Shown: positions 1 to 9,424 of the stretch, piece by piece
Position numbering within the stretch: position 1 is the stretch's first letter
Layout of the letters: the number at the start of each line of letters is the position of its first letter
From: Candidatus Latescibacterota bacterium
GTDB taxonomy: Bacteria > Latescibacterota > UBA2968
DNA length: 64,000 nt
NCBI GenBank assembly: GCA_965198115.1
Contig: OZ240241.1
Location: 6,432,001-6,496,000, forward strand
Direction: 5' to 3'
Position numbers and translations under genes: made by a program
The notes under the pieces: generated by a model
What the model was told of the DNA's origin: nothing
The model's database searches: none
Seen by the model: the letters and a program-made list of their open reading frames with translations, nothing else

Positions 1-2
1 TG

Positions 3-599
3 GGTCGTCTTGCGTTCGGCCTGCGTGGGGCGCGTCGTGGCGGTGTGCAGGACGGCGACGTTGAACAGGCAGACTGTTCCGGCCTGGCCGTGGATGTCGA
101 CGATGCCACCGCGTTCGAGTTGAGCCTCCTTGTCCTCGAGAATGGGCTGATCGACGGATTCCGGCGAGAGGGAGAAACAGTGTGTCGATTCGCTCACGTC
201 CGCGAGGTAGACCATACTCTGGATGTAATCCACCCGATACGGATGTTCCGGCCAATGGGGGCGATCGCGATGCCAGCCGCGGTGCAACTCGCCATCATAG
301 GGTCCCATATGACGCGCACCGATCTCGCCGAAACAGATCGGTCCTCCCATCAGCTCGACAGCGGCCTCGAGAATCGGCGGATGACGCACGATTCGGTCGT
401 ATCCGGAGGACGTTACGAGGGCGTCGTAGTTCGCGGATTGGTGGTAGCCATAGCGGTGCCAACGATACGCGTAGGTTTCTTTGTCGGTGTCGAAGATCTC
501 AACGAAGTCTTCCAGTTCGGCCACGGAGATGAGGTCGGTGTGTACGATGTAGCCGTTCTGGCGGAAGAAATCGAGTTCGGTGGATGTGAGGATGGACAT
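3..599 (-). CDS. PhyH-family Fe(II)/2OG dioxygenase (3' end runs off the window)
   Basis: Manual minus-strand translation MSILTSTELDFFRQNGYIV...WHRD...MVYLADV. Absent from the ORF track because it has no stop in the window. Confidence 0.85.
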   Translation of the reverse strand, partial: MSILTSTELDFFRQNGYIVHTDLISVAELEDFVEIFDTDKETYAYRWHRYGYHQSANYDALVTSSGYDRIVRHPPILEAAVELMGGPICFGEIGARHMGPYDGELHRGWHRDRPHWPEHPYRVDYIQSMVYLADVSESTHCFSLSPESVDQPILEDKEAQLERGGIVDIHGQAGTVCLFNVAVLHTATTRPTQAERKTT

Positions 600-705
600 A
601 TAGGCAGAAGTTAAAATGAAAAAATTGGCGAGGACGAAGATCGGGATGTCGCTCCAAATGTCAAGCGATGCTGAGTGATCCACCGCAGAGCCGTAGGGAT
701 TGACT

Positions 706-826
706 TGTCTTCCCGGCATTGTTTCAAGCCGGGATCCATTCTCTGATTGGAAGATTCGTTACGCGCAAGCGCTTTCACGAAGATCAAAATGGGCCCGCCC
801 CGGCACAAAAGCGTACCGGGGTGACA
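706..826. repeat. Family A REP-doublet-like element, copy 1
   Basis: TGTCTTCCCGGC...GCCGGGATCCAT, spacer, ATGGGCCC...CGG...TACCGGGGTGACA. Same layout at 2618, 16155, 19830, 42618 and 51899. Confidence 0.8.
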
Positions 827-883
827 CTTGTCTTTGTGTTGTGGCTATGGAGGTTCCGACTACGAAGGATTAGGGAGATTGGA

Positions 884-1714
884 TCAAGTGATGGCGTCGA
901 TGACGGTCTGGTGGCCCCGATCTTCTGCGACGCTTCTTGGTGTGCGATCATCGGCGTCGGCCAGGGAGGGATCGGCGCCCTGCTTGATGAGTCGTTCGAC
1001 GATTCTGGGCAGGCCTTCCTCGGCGCAGAGGATGAGGGGGCGGTGCCGGGCGATTCCGTTGGGGTCTGCGCCCGCGTCCAGCAAGGCATCGACGAGGGAG
1101 AGGGATCTGGCGATTTTAATCGCGATGTCGAGAGGGGTCACACCTGCGATGTTCGGCTCGTACAGACGGGCACGCCGGCGTGGGATGTATAGCGCGGACA
1201 GTCTGCCCCGACCGAGTGCTTCCTGAAATGCGATTTCGCCGTCAGCGATCTGAGCTCGTAGGTTCTCACCACTGATCCACCAGCCCGGTAACTCGTACAT
1301 CACCGTAAACCCCATCCGCCTGTAAAGATGCTCGCAGAGACGGGAGGCGCTCGTGGCGATGTAGCGACAGCCGGCTTTTTCCACCTGTCGACAGACATGT
1401 TCCATTAACACGGTTCCGATGTCCTTTCCCCGCCCTCTTGGCCGGACGGCCACATCGTGGAGGGAGCCTATGCCGGTAGGGCCGGGCGTCAGCGCGAGCG
1501 TGGCGTGCCCTACAAGGCCGTGTCGGTCCCAGGCGGCGAAATAGTGGACACGATGCGGCGACTCGTCCATCATTCGGTTCATCGCCCTGATCATCGTTTC
1601 TGAATGGAAGTGGAGATCATCGCTCTCGACAGCTGGGACTTCCGAGGGTCTGGTGAACCGGATTCCACGAGCTGTCGAGGGGGCATCGTTCCGGTTCTTC
1701 ACGTCGAGCCACAT
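884..1714 (-). CDS. GNAT acetyltransferase with C-terminal ankyrin repeats, probably 5'-truncated
   Basis: GNAT motif VAVRPRGRGKDIG...LYRRMGF; ankyrin-like GVTPL..A, LLDAGADPN, LIKQGADP. The frame stays open upstream (PADLGARLVARGF) to a TAA at about 1830 with no ATG/GTG/TTG start. Confidence 0.75.
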   Translation of the reverse strand: MWLDVKNRNDAPSTARGIRFTRPSEVPAVESDDLHFHSETMIRAMNRMMDESPHRVHYFAAWDRHGLVGHATLALTPGPTGIGSLHDVAVRPRGRGKDIGTVLMEHVCRQVEKAGCRYIATSASRLCEHLYRRMGFTVMYELPGWWISGENLRAQIADGEIAFQEALGRGRLSALYIPRRRARLYEPNIAGVTPLDIAIKIARSLSLVDALLDAGADPNGIARHRPLILCAEEGLPRIVERLIKQGADPSLADADDRTPRSVAEDRGHQTVIDAIT

Positions 1715-1820
1715 CCCCCGATTGGCGTCGGGATACCAGCAGAAGCCACGTGCGACGAGGCGTGCACCAAGATCCGCGGGCCTGATTCGCGGTCTTGCCC
1801 CGAAGGCCAGGCGGGGGCCG

Positions 1821-2564
1821 TTGCTGGCTTACTACTGGACCCGCAACAGCGTCGATGCCGAAGACATCGTGCAGGAAGCGATGTTCCAGGCGATGGAGCA
1901 GCTCGAGACGCTCCGGGATCCGGATCGTTTCGCACCGTGGGTCCGCACGATCGCGACGAACCTGTGCCGTATGTGGCATCGCGAGCGGCACCGATCGGTT
2001 GGATCTCTCGACGATCCTGACCTGGTACCCGTCCGCGATGCATTACCCAGTGCGGAGCCCCAACCCTCGGATGTGGTTGAAGCCGGCGAACGGGATTGGC
2101 TGATCGGAGAGATGCTCGAGCGGTTGCCCAAGCAAGCTCGACTGACGGCGACGCTCTACTACCTGAGAGAGCTGTCCTACGACGAAATTGGGACGTTCTT
2201 GGACATTCCCTCAGCCACCGTGCGAGTGAGACTTCACAGGGCACGGAAACTGCTCAAAAAGGAGGCGATACAGATGTTCTCCGATTTCGCAGGTGACTCA
2301 CAGTCGACGCAGGTTGAACTGAAGGATTCGGAGGGATATCTCCACGTTCAGGAGAAGGGGTGGGGGTTTCTCAGACCAGAGCAAGGTGCAGAATCCGATC
2401 CGGATGACATCTATGTCTCACACAGCCAGATTAAACGGTTCGGGTTGAAAGAAGAGGATCGGATCGCCGGTCCGGCGCGGCCGCCCAGGGGAGAGGAAGG
2501 ATACTGGGCGCTCATCCGACTTGTGGAGGTGAATGGAGAACCCCATAAAACCAGTGAAAAGTGA
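1821..2564 (+). CDS. ECF sigma-70 factor (N-terminus apparently missing) fused to a Rho-type RNA-binding OB domain
   Basis: Sigma2 DAEDIVQEA...FAPWVRTIATN; sigma4 LSYDEIGTFLDIPSATVRVRLHRAR; C-terminus GWGFLR...PDDIYVSHSQIKRFGL...RPP...YWAL...VNG. Start uncertain: TTG at 1821, ORF open from 1653. Confidence 0.85.
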   Translation: MLAYYWTRNSVDAEDIVQEAMFQAMEQLETLRDPDRFAPWVRTIATNLCRMWHRERHRSVGSLDDPDLVPVRDALPSAEPQPSDVVEAGERDWLIGEMLERLPKQARLTATLYYLRELSYDEIGTFLDIPSATVRVRLHRARKLLKKEAIQMFSDFAGDSQSTQVELKDSEGYLHVQEKGWGFLRPEQGAESDPDDIYVSHSQIKRFGLKEEDRIAGPARPPRGEEGYWALIRLVEVNGEPHKTSEK

Positions 2565-2617
2565 AAAATGAAAATTTGCCTACTGCTTGTTGCAGGTCGT
2601 TTCCTCATCCAACCCGC

Positions 2618-2734
2618 TGTCATCCCGGCAGGCTGCAGGCCGGGATCTGTTTCCAGCCCTTATGTAAGGTGTTCTTCCTCAGATTCTTCGACCGACCAGG
2701 ATGGACCCCGGCCAGGATCCGAGCCGGGGTGACG
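2618..2734. repeat. Family A REP-doublet-like element, copy 2
   Basis: TGTCATCCCGGC..GCCGGGATC / ATGGACCCCGGC..GCCGGGGTGACG. Confidence 0.8.
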
Positions 2735-2817
2735 ATTCCATTCCAATCGTGAGGCATTGCTCTTGTCGTCCACGACGGTGATGGCGATTCTTAGTGCCGT
2801 CCTTAACGAGGAAAGCG

Positions 2818-5100
2818 ATGCAGATTCCGGTCGAAACTATTCACATTGCTGCTGCGGAAGCGGATGACGATCTCACATTCGCGGCGGTCTACGCGGCTGA
2901 CGAGATTGCGTATGTGAGCGGTGTTCGCCCGCACGTAACACCGCGATCGAACCCAGAAGGATTCTACACCCTTCGCGTCGACCGGCGCGATGGATTGCCC
3001 GCCGACAGCTATACGATTACGTCCGACGAAGCGTCACTCACGATATCCTCCTCATCCAGACGGGGCCTGCTGTTCGGGATCGGCCGGTTTCTTCGACTGA
3101 GTCCCTTCCGAGATGACTGTCTGGACATTCCTGCTGATCTGGATCTGCAGTTCTCGCCTTCCAGCCGTATTCGCGGCTACCAGATCGGCTACGGCCATCT
3201 GAGCAACAGTATGGATTCCTGGTCGGTCGCCCAGTTCGATCGATACATCCGGGACCTGGTTCTGTTCGGATGCAACGCGATCGAGATCGAGTACAAACCG
3301 GACCCCAGCCCTCATCACAAGCTTCCGTTCGACGAGATGACGGCCGAACTGTCCATTCTTGCAGCACGATACGACCTCGATTGCACCGTCTGGATTCCGA
3401 ACTGGGAAGACGAAGCCTACTATCTCGACACCGTGGCCTCCGGACGAGAGTTGGAGGATCGCGGACGCTTCTTTCACATTCTGCCAAAGATTTCCGCTAT
3501 CACCGTTCCCGGGGGAGATCCGGGCAAGCTGAGTCCGGATGTCCTGTTCCCCTGGGTTCAACGTCTCACCGAGACGCTGGCCTCCAGTGGTCATCCACCC
3601 CTGGCCTGGGTTTCCGCCCAGTGGATGAGAGCGGATACGGCGTGGTACGATGCCTTTTCCCGGCAGGCGAACAGGAATCCGGGTTGGTTGGCGGGTATCG
3701 TACACGGGCCGTGGACTCAGCTTTCGATACCGGAGCTGAGGGCCCGACTTCGCAGTGACCTGCCGATCCGGCGATACGACGATTTGACGCACGGCATATT
3801 CTGCCAATACCCGATTCCGGATTGGGATCTCGCCCACGCGATGACGTCCGGCCGCGAGTCGATCAATCCTCGACCAAAAGCCTACAAACATATCCACAAT
3901 CTTTACCACCGTGATACCGTTGGCAGCACGCCTCACACCACTGGCATCAACGCGGATATCAACACATTCGTGTGGTTGGACCAGGAGTGGGATCCAGATA
4001 CGGCTCCGCGTGACACGCTGAAAGATTACACACGCATCTTTCTATCCACGGACCTGGAAGATGAATTCGCGGACGGCGCGCTGGCACTCGAGGAGAACTG
4101 GGAAGGGGCCCTCGCGGCGAACGAAAGTGTAGAGGAGACGCTCGACCGGTGGAAACAGCTCGAGCAATCGGCCGATCCTGATGTGAACGCACACTGGCGA
4201 TTTCAATGCCCGTTGCTCAGGGTCTATTACGATGCGTCGGTGCGGAGAAGACTGGTTCGTGAAAGAAGGACAGCGGAACGGGCGGTCGAGGAACTCTCTT
4301 CGGATCGATCGAGGGAGGCCGTTCATCGGGCACTTACGTGGCTGGAGGAACGAACGACGGACTCAATCGAAATCGAGCTGCGCGAGAAATGCGTGAACCT
4401 ATCAAAATCGCTGTTCAGATCCGTTGGGCTCAAATCGTCTGTGGACGAACACGGCGCGGCACAGAAGGGCCGTGGGGCGTTTATGGACGCGATCGATGAG
4501 CCGCTGAACGACTCGAGATGGCTGATCAACCATCTCGAGGAGGCATTGGCGGCAGAATCCCCCTCGGAGAGATGGTCACGCGTTGGTGCGATTCTAGACC
4601 GGTCAGATTCCGGATATGGAGGGATCTACGACAACCTTGGAACACACGAGCAAATCGGTCGGCTGGTGAATCCTGTTGACGTGTCGGAAGACCCCGGGGG
4701 ACTGGCGGGTTCTCGATCGGCATTCGGGATCGCGTTGGAAGGGATGCTCCGATCGCAAACGGTTGAGATCAAGTCACACGACGGTTACCCGATCCCAAAG
4801 GCGTGGTTGACCTGTGTGGAGTCGATTTACGACACCCCGCTGATTCTGGCGTATGACGGATTGGAAGATGGGAGTGCTTATACCCTGCGCATCGTCTACT
4901 CGAGTAGGATCGGCAAGTTGGCCAAACTGGTCGCGAACGACCATGTTGTGCACGATCTGATCGCGACGGGGGATGAGCCTTTGAAAAAGTTCGAGATTCC
5001 GGCAGGGGTTGTGCGGGATGGAAAGCTCGAGCTTCGATGGACGGGTGGCGGGGAGCGTGGGGTACAGGTGGCTGAGCTGTGGATAACGCCCAAGCATTGA
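2818..5100 (+). CDS. Putative glycoside hydrolase-like protein (GH20/GH67-type N-terminal domain plus TIM-barrel-like core)
   Basis: DSYTI...RRGLLFGIGRFLR hexosaminidase-domain-2-like motif, then IRGYQIGY. GAGGAAAG precedes ATG 2818. Confidence 0.55.
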   Translation: MQIPVETIHIAAAEADDDLTFAAVYAADEIAYVSGVRPHVTPRSNPEGFYTLRVDRRDGLPADSYTITSDEASLTISSSSRRGLLFGIGRFLRLSPFRDDCLDIPADLDLQFSPSSRIRGYQIGYGHLSNSMDSWSVAQFDRYIRDLVLFGCNAIEIEYKPDPSPHHKLPFDEMTAELSILAARYDLDCTVWIPNWEDEAYYLDTVASGRELEDRGRFFHILPKISAITVPGGDPGKLSPDVLFPWVQRLTETLASSGHPPLAWVSAQWMRADTAWYDAFSRQANRNPGWLAGIVHGPWTQLSIPELRARLRSDLPIRRYDDLTHGIFCQYPIPDWDLAHAMTSGRESINPRPKAYKHIHNLYHRDTVGSTPHTTGINADINTFVWLDQEWDPDTAPRDTLKDYTRIFLSTDLEDEFADGALALEENWEGALAANESVEETLDRWKQLEQSADPDVNAHWRFQCPLLRVYYDASVRRRLVRERRTAERAVEELSSDRSREAVHRALTWLEERTTDSIEIELREKCVNLSKSLFRSVGLKSSVDEHGAAQKGRGAFMDAIDEPLNDSRWLINHLEEALAAESPSERWSRVGAILDRSDSGYGGIYDNLGTHEQIGRLVNPVDVSEDPGGLAGSRSAFGIALEGMLRSQTVEIKSHDGYPIPKAWLTCVESIYDTPLILAYDGLEDGSAYTLRIVYSSRIGKLAKLVANDHVVHDLIATGDEPLKKFEIPAGVVRDGKLELRWTGGGERGVQVAELWITPKH

Positions 5101-5132
5101 CCAGTGACAATTGACCGTTGACCAGTGACCAA
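5098..5132. repeat. Tandem heptamer (TGACNNN)x5
   Basis: TGACCAG TGACAAT TGACCGT TGACCAG TGACCAA. A similar array lies at 19745-19779. Confidence 0.8.
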
Positions 5133-5191
5133 AGCTCAGGCGATGCCTTGACACGGTTGCATCGGTACTCGTCCCTTCCACACAGCTCCTT

Positions 5192-7210
5192 TCACTTCGG
5201 AACGCGCTCGACGATTTCCCCCGGCCAACGGTTAAGCGGTTTGGGGCTTCCGGATAACGGACTCCGGCCAACGGCTTTTCTTGGTTTGGCGTACCAACGG
5301 CGTAGCACGGCTTCGGCGGGTTTGTTCTGTGGGGTGAAGTTTTCGTCATAGATGCCACCGGTGAAGGTATGGTTGGGGAACCATTTCCAGATGTAGGCGC
5401 CGGCGAACCAGGGTTTGTCCCAGAAGGCGGCGAAGAAGGCTTCGTAGGCGTTGACCTGTGTTTGCAGGTCTTCGTAATATGGTGTGGTGTTGTCGGCGTT
5501 CCATTCCCAGGGTTGGATGGCGGCGTCAGTTGCGCTGTGGTAGCCGATCTCGGTCATGAGGACAGGCTTGTTGTGGCGTCGATGGACCCGTTCGATCGAC
5601 GGGATATGACGGTCCCAACCGGCGAGGAGCTGTTTGACGGTGGGGCTGTGGTTGTCGACGAGCGGGAAGTAAGCCTGAATGCCGATGTAATCGACCGCGT
5701 CCCAGAATGGCACGTCCTCGAATTCGTCGTGCCAGTTTGCGGCGTAGACAAGAGAGCCGTCGTAGACGGTCCTGATTTCCTGGATGAGGTCCCGCCACTC
5801 GCGTTCTCGGTGGACCGTGCCGTGCAACTCGGTTCCGATACACAGCGCCTCGATGTCGGATCGGGCTGCGAGTTCGGCGTAGTGCATCATAAAAGCTTCG
5901 TAACTCGCGAACCACGCCTTCCAGTCCTCTTCGCTTTCCATCGCGATTTCGCCGCGCCAGCGTCCCTCGCGTACCTGACTCAGCCAGACGTGAGGCTTTA
6001 ACAGGGTACGGATGCCGAATTGTCGGGCCGTTCGTGCCGTTGCCCCGACGCCGCGATCGCTTTCACCCCACCAGCCGGCATCGGGACGGTAGCGGATCTC
6101 CGTATCGGCCACCCTTCGCTGCCACCCGAAGGGTGTCTGTGCGATCCAATTGACGTTGTTCTTCACGAGCGGGATGAAAGCGTCGTCACTCATTCCCTCA
6201 CGGCCGGCCACCCAGCTGACGGCTCGGTGGAAACCATCGGGGGGCGATAAAGGACGGTGGTAGTCGGCCAGATCGTGCGGCGAAACCGTCAGCGTGTCGG
6301 AATGCGTCTCTTGACCGTTGGTGATGACAACGTCTGCGAGACTGGATCGAGCAACCCTCTCCCCGATGACCGTCAACTTGTAAGCTCCGACGGGCAAATC
6401 TACCCGATAGGCACCGCGTTTAGCCGAGGTGACGAAGGATTGGTTCAGCCGCTCGGCCTGAGCGATGCGAACAAGTGCCGGCGGATAGGACCCGGTCACT
6501 GTCCAGCGGACCTGTCCGGTCAGCTGGCCCATTTGCTGATCTTTCCCGATCAACAGAAGATCGCCTCGCGCCCTCGCCAGGGTCGCTTTCCGGCGGCCTT
6601 CCCCCCAGATGACTCGGCCAGGACGACGGTCCCCCTCATCCGCATCGTAGACTGCCAGTCCCAACCCAAGCACACTCCCATCATCGATCTGGAGATCAGG
6701 GTCGATGGCGTCGAGTTCGAAAGCCCATTCATAGATGCGTCTGTCTTCACTCAAGGTGATGGCGACACTCGCGTGCTCCCATTCTATTTCCTTGGCTTGA
6801 CTGTCCGTTGCCCGACGCGTCGATTCACCATAAAGACCGTACTGACGGCCCGGCGAGATGGGCGTGTGGTTGACGTCGATGACGATCTCGCAGGCATCCT
6901 GGCGATACCTGCGCCGGTCGCGGTCCTGCGTGGAGACGAAGTTGTCGTCTTCGACTTCGATCAGGAGATACAGGCGTGGTGGCGAGAGGGAATAACCCGA
7001 TCTGAGGATCACGGAAAAATTGCCCCGGCTGCCTGGCGCGGGCACGATCGTAGACTCATAGGAATCGGCAGGCCAATCGCTTGCGTGGCCATCCACTGTG
7101 ATCGGAGCGATCGGTCGAGTGAGCGATAGTGCGCCATTGTGAGCGATGGCGTCGATGCACGAGGAAAAGGTCAGTGCAAGAAGGGCGAGGATTTCAGCAG
7201 TTCGTTTCAC
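5192..7210 (-). CDS. Secreted GH113-like hydrolase with an N-terminal CBM9-like sugar-binding domain
   Basis: GTG 7210 overlaps the GNAT stop; signal peptide; ITVDG..SDW and LYLLIEVEDD (CBM9-like); LKPH.W, CIGTEL, YAANW, IGIQAYFPL, TEIGY, FTPQNKPA (GH113-like). Confidence 0.75.
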   Translation of the reverse strand: MKRTAEILALLALTFSSCIDAIAHNGALSLTRPIAPITVDGHASDWPADSYESTIVPAPGSRGNFSVILRSGYSLSPPRLYLLIEVEDDNFVSTQDRDRRRYRQDACEIVIDVNHTPISPGRQYGLYGESTRRATDSQAKEIEWEHASVAITLSEDRRIYEWAFELDAIDPDLQIDDGSVLGLGLAVYDADEGDRRPGRVIWGEGRRKATLARARGDLLLIGKDQQMGQLTGQVRWTVTGSYPPALVRIAQAERLNQSFVTSAKRGAYRVDLPVGAYKLTVIGERVARSSLADVVITNGQETHSDTLTVSPHDLADYHRPLSPPDGFHRAVSWVAGREGMSDDAFIPLVKNNVNWIAQTPFGWQRRVADTEIRYRPDAGWWGESDRGVGATARTARQFGIRTLLKPHVWLSQVREGRWRGEIAMESEEDWKAWFASYEAFMMHYAELAARSDIEALCIGTELHGTVHREREWRDLIQEIRTVYDGSLVYAANWHDEFEDVPFWDAVDYIGIQAYFPLVDNHSPTVKQLLAGWDRHIPSIERVHRRHNKPVLMTEIGYHSATDAAIQPWEWNADNTTPYYEDLQTQVNAYEAFFAAFWDKPWFAGAYIWKWFPNHTFTGGIYDENFTPQNKPAEAVLRRWYAKPRKAVGRSPLSGSPKPLNRWPGEIVERVPK

Positions 7211-7665
7211 AGGCGCTTGATGAAGTAGTAAGCATCGTGCTTCGGGTGGGGATGGATCGTGTAGCCCATTGAGAGTTTCAATCCGTAGTTTTCGGTGCTG
7301 CCGGTCGGGCTGAGCGACCGAATCTGATAGCAGTCTCGTTCGCAACAGATTTCGATGGCGCGATTCTGTAAACGCCGGCCCCAGCCCTGTCGACGATGCT
7401 CGGGCAGGACTCCAAAGGCGATGACGAAGCCTTCCGTCAACGACTCGCCGTTCCGTGTGACCGGCGAATGGCCCTCCTCGCTGCCGATGGTCTGAATGTA
7501 GAAACGATGGAAGCCGACGCACGTTTCTTTGGAGAAGGCACCCAGAAGAATCGCCTCAGCGATGTAGTCAGGACGCTGATCGATATACTTCGCCTGATTC
7601 ATCTGCGCAGCGATGGATCGAACGGCATCGATTTCGGCTTCGGATGTGATCATTCGGATGGGCAT
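7207..7665 (-). CDS. GNAT acetyltransferase
   Basis: FGVLPEHRRQGWGRRL motif A. Confidence 0.8.
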   Translation of the reverse strand: MPIRMITSEAEIDAVRSIAAQMNQAKYIDQRPDYIAEAILLGAFSKETCVGFHRFYIQTIGSEEGHSPVTRNGESLTEGFVIAFGVLPEHRRQGWGRRLQNRAIEICCERDCYQIRSLSPTGSTENYGLKLSMGYTIHPHPKHDAYYFIKRL

Positions 7666-7773
7666 CTACTCTTTGACATCTTTTACACCGTTCAGGTTGC
7701 GAGGTCAGTAAACTTCGACGGTCTTCAGCACCAACGGCGCGTCATCGAGAATCGAGTATCTGGAAGATCGCCT

Positions 7774-8280
7774 TCAATAGAGCCATTTCGAGTAAGTAAC
7801 GTCTGCGTCTTTCATTACGTCGTACAACCAGACCATACGGTCGAGGAACCACATCTTGCCGATGTAGGTGAGAGCCAATCCTGACGCTGTCATCCACGGA
7901 TGGTGCTCGACGAAGCCGTAGATGAGGAGGATCATCCCGGTGACGGAGAGCGCGTTCAGGCAGGCGATGACGCGATTGAAATGGGTGGGGATCGGGATCG
8001 CCTTGCGATTCAGCCAGACGCGTTCGCCAAGGACGGCCTTCGACGACCACCGGTCGGTCGTTGCCGGTTTGGGAAAGGCACGTGGGTTAATCCAGATCCA
8101 GACACCCAGCGCGGTCAGGACGTACCAGAATGTGACACCTAACCAGTCGTTATACCAGACGGCTATCGCGATGAGTCCGAGCGTGACGAATCGAGTCCAG
8201 ACACTCCAGGGATTGGCGTGGCGCGCCCAGACCTCATCCGTCATTCGGAAAGCGGATGCGAGATGGTTGGAGAGGGCCAT
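7774..8280 (-). CDS. Membrane protein (DUF6653-like)
   Basis: WARHANPWSVWTRF, NPRAFPKP, KMWFLDRMV; several TM segments. Confidence 0.65.
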   Translation of the reverse strand: MALSNHLASAFRMTDEVWARHANPWSVWTRFVTLGLIAIAVWYNDWLGVTFWYVLTALGVWIWINPRAFPKPATTDRWSSKAVLGERVWLNRKAIPIPTHFNRVIACLNALSVTGMILLIYGFVEHHPWMTASGLALTYIGKMWFLDRMVWLYDVMKDADVTYSKWLY

Positions 8281-8397
8281 TGGCTCTTGTGGTTCGTGAT
8301 CCCGAGACTTCCCTCACGTGCGTTCGAGGCAGGCTCGCGCTCACTCTGTCGGGTTATGGCTTGAGAATACCGCGAGCTGTCGTACGACGTGATCCCG

Positions 8398-9399
8398 TCA
8401 TCTCAGGTCGACTTCTCCCTGCTTCCCATCGCGTACGGCGAGGTAGACGGCCTCGGTGACGCGCATCGTGTTGACGCAGTCGGCCATACTCGCAACGGGC
8501 TCACGGTCTTCGCGGATGGCCTTCGCGAATTCGATGAGGGTACCTGCATCGCCCGTCAACTCACCGCTGCGCTGATCGCTGTAGTTTTCTGTGAAGGTGT
8601 TTTCTTCCTGCCCGTAGTGCCGAACGCCCCAAAGACCGTCGATGACGACGTAGGTGCCCTGGCCGGTGATCTCGATACGGTCGTAATTACGCCACCAGAT
8701 CCGCTGGCTATTGAGCTGTAAAGAGCCGACGGCTCCGTTCTCGAAGGTGGCCGCCCCCGCGATCGCCACACGGCCCTCAAGTTCCTGGTGCTGGATGTTG
8801 AGGGTCGTGAATTCGCCGCAGAGATGACGGCACAGGTCCAGGTGATGGAGCGCAAAGTCCATCACGTAGGCGTGTACCGGCGTGTCGTAGCCCATTCCCC
8901 TCACTTCGTTGTAGGCGCCGCTGCAGAATGAGCACAGGATTTGCGAGATCGGGCCGAATTCCGGGGATTGTATGATCTCGAGTGCCTGCGTGACACCGTA
9001 GCTGAAGCGGCGCTGGACGTTGACCATCAGGATCCGATTGCTTTTGCGAGCGAGGTCGGCGAGGGCGTTGGCCTCTCTCGTGTCCAAAGCGGGGGGCTTG
9101 GGTACGAGTACGTGAAGGCCAGCTTCGAGACAATCGGCGACGATCGGCCCACGGGGTTTTGGATGCGTCTGGACGATGGCGGCTTCGAGCGATTCGTTCT
9201 CCAGCATCTGACGGTAGTCGGTGTAGGGTTTGCCGCCGAATGTGTGCGAGACGTGGGTGAGGCGTTCCTGATCGACGTCGCACACGGCGATCGGTTGGAG
9301 TGGCGCGAAATGGAGCGAGGGGTAGATCTGCCACGTGGCCATCGAACCGGCGCCGATGAAGCCGAGACGTATTGGGAGATCGTTTGATGCGATGGTCAT
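8398..9399 (-). CDS. Gfo/Idh/MocA oxidoreductase
   Basis: LGFIGAG; GLHVLVPKP (variant of EKP); H..D motif. Confidence 0.85.
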   Translation of the reverse strand: MTIASNDLPIRLGFIGAGSMATWQIYPSLHFAPLQPIAVCDVDQERLTHVSHTFGGKPYTDYRQMLENESLEAAIVQTHPKPRGPIVADCLEAGLHVLVPKPPALDTREANALADLARKSNRILMVNVQRRFSYGVTQALEIIQSPEFGPISQILCSFCSGAYNEVRGMGYDTPVHAYVMDFALHHLDLCRHLCGEFTTLNIQHQELEGRVAIAGAATFENGAVGSLQLNSQRIWWRNYDRIEITGQGTYVVIDGLWGVRHYGQEENTFTENYSDQRSGELTGDAGTLIEFAKAIREDREPVASMADCVNTMRVTEAVYLAVRDGKQGEVDLR

Positions 9400-9424
9400 T
9401 GCTCAGGTATCAAGAAGAACTTTG

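Noticed and set aside
45-614. Long antisense ORFs (e.g. 45-614, 30984-32219, 48056-49141)
   Set aside because: They are shadows of real opposite-strand genes in GC-rich DNA and carry no recognisable motifs.
2331-2564. A truncated rho gene
   Set aside because: No Rho N-terminal helix bundle and no ATPase remnants were recognised downstream. The domain is in frame with the sigma and ends at a clean stop.
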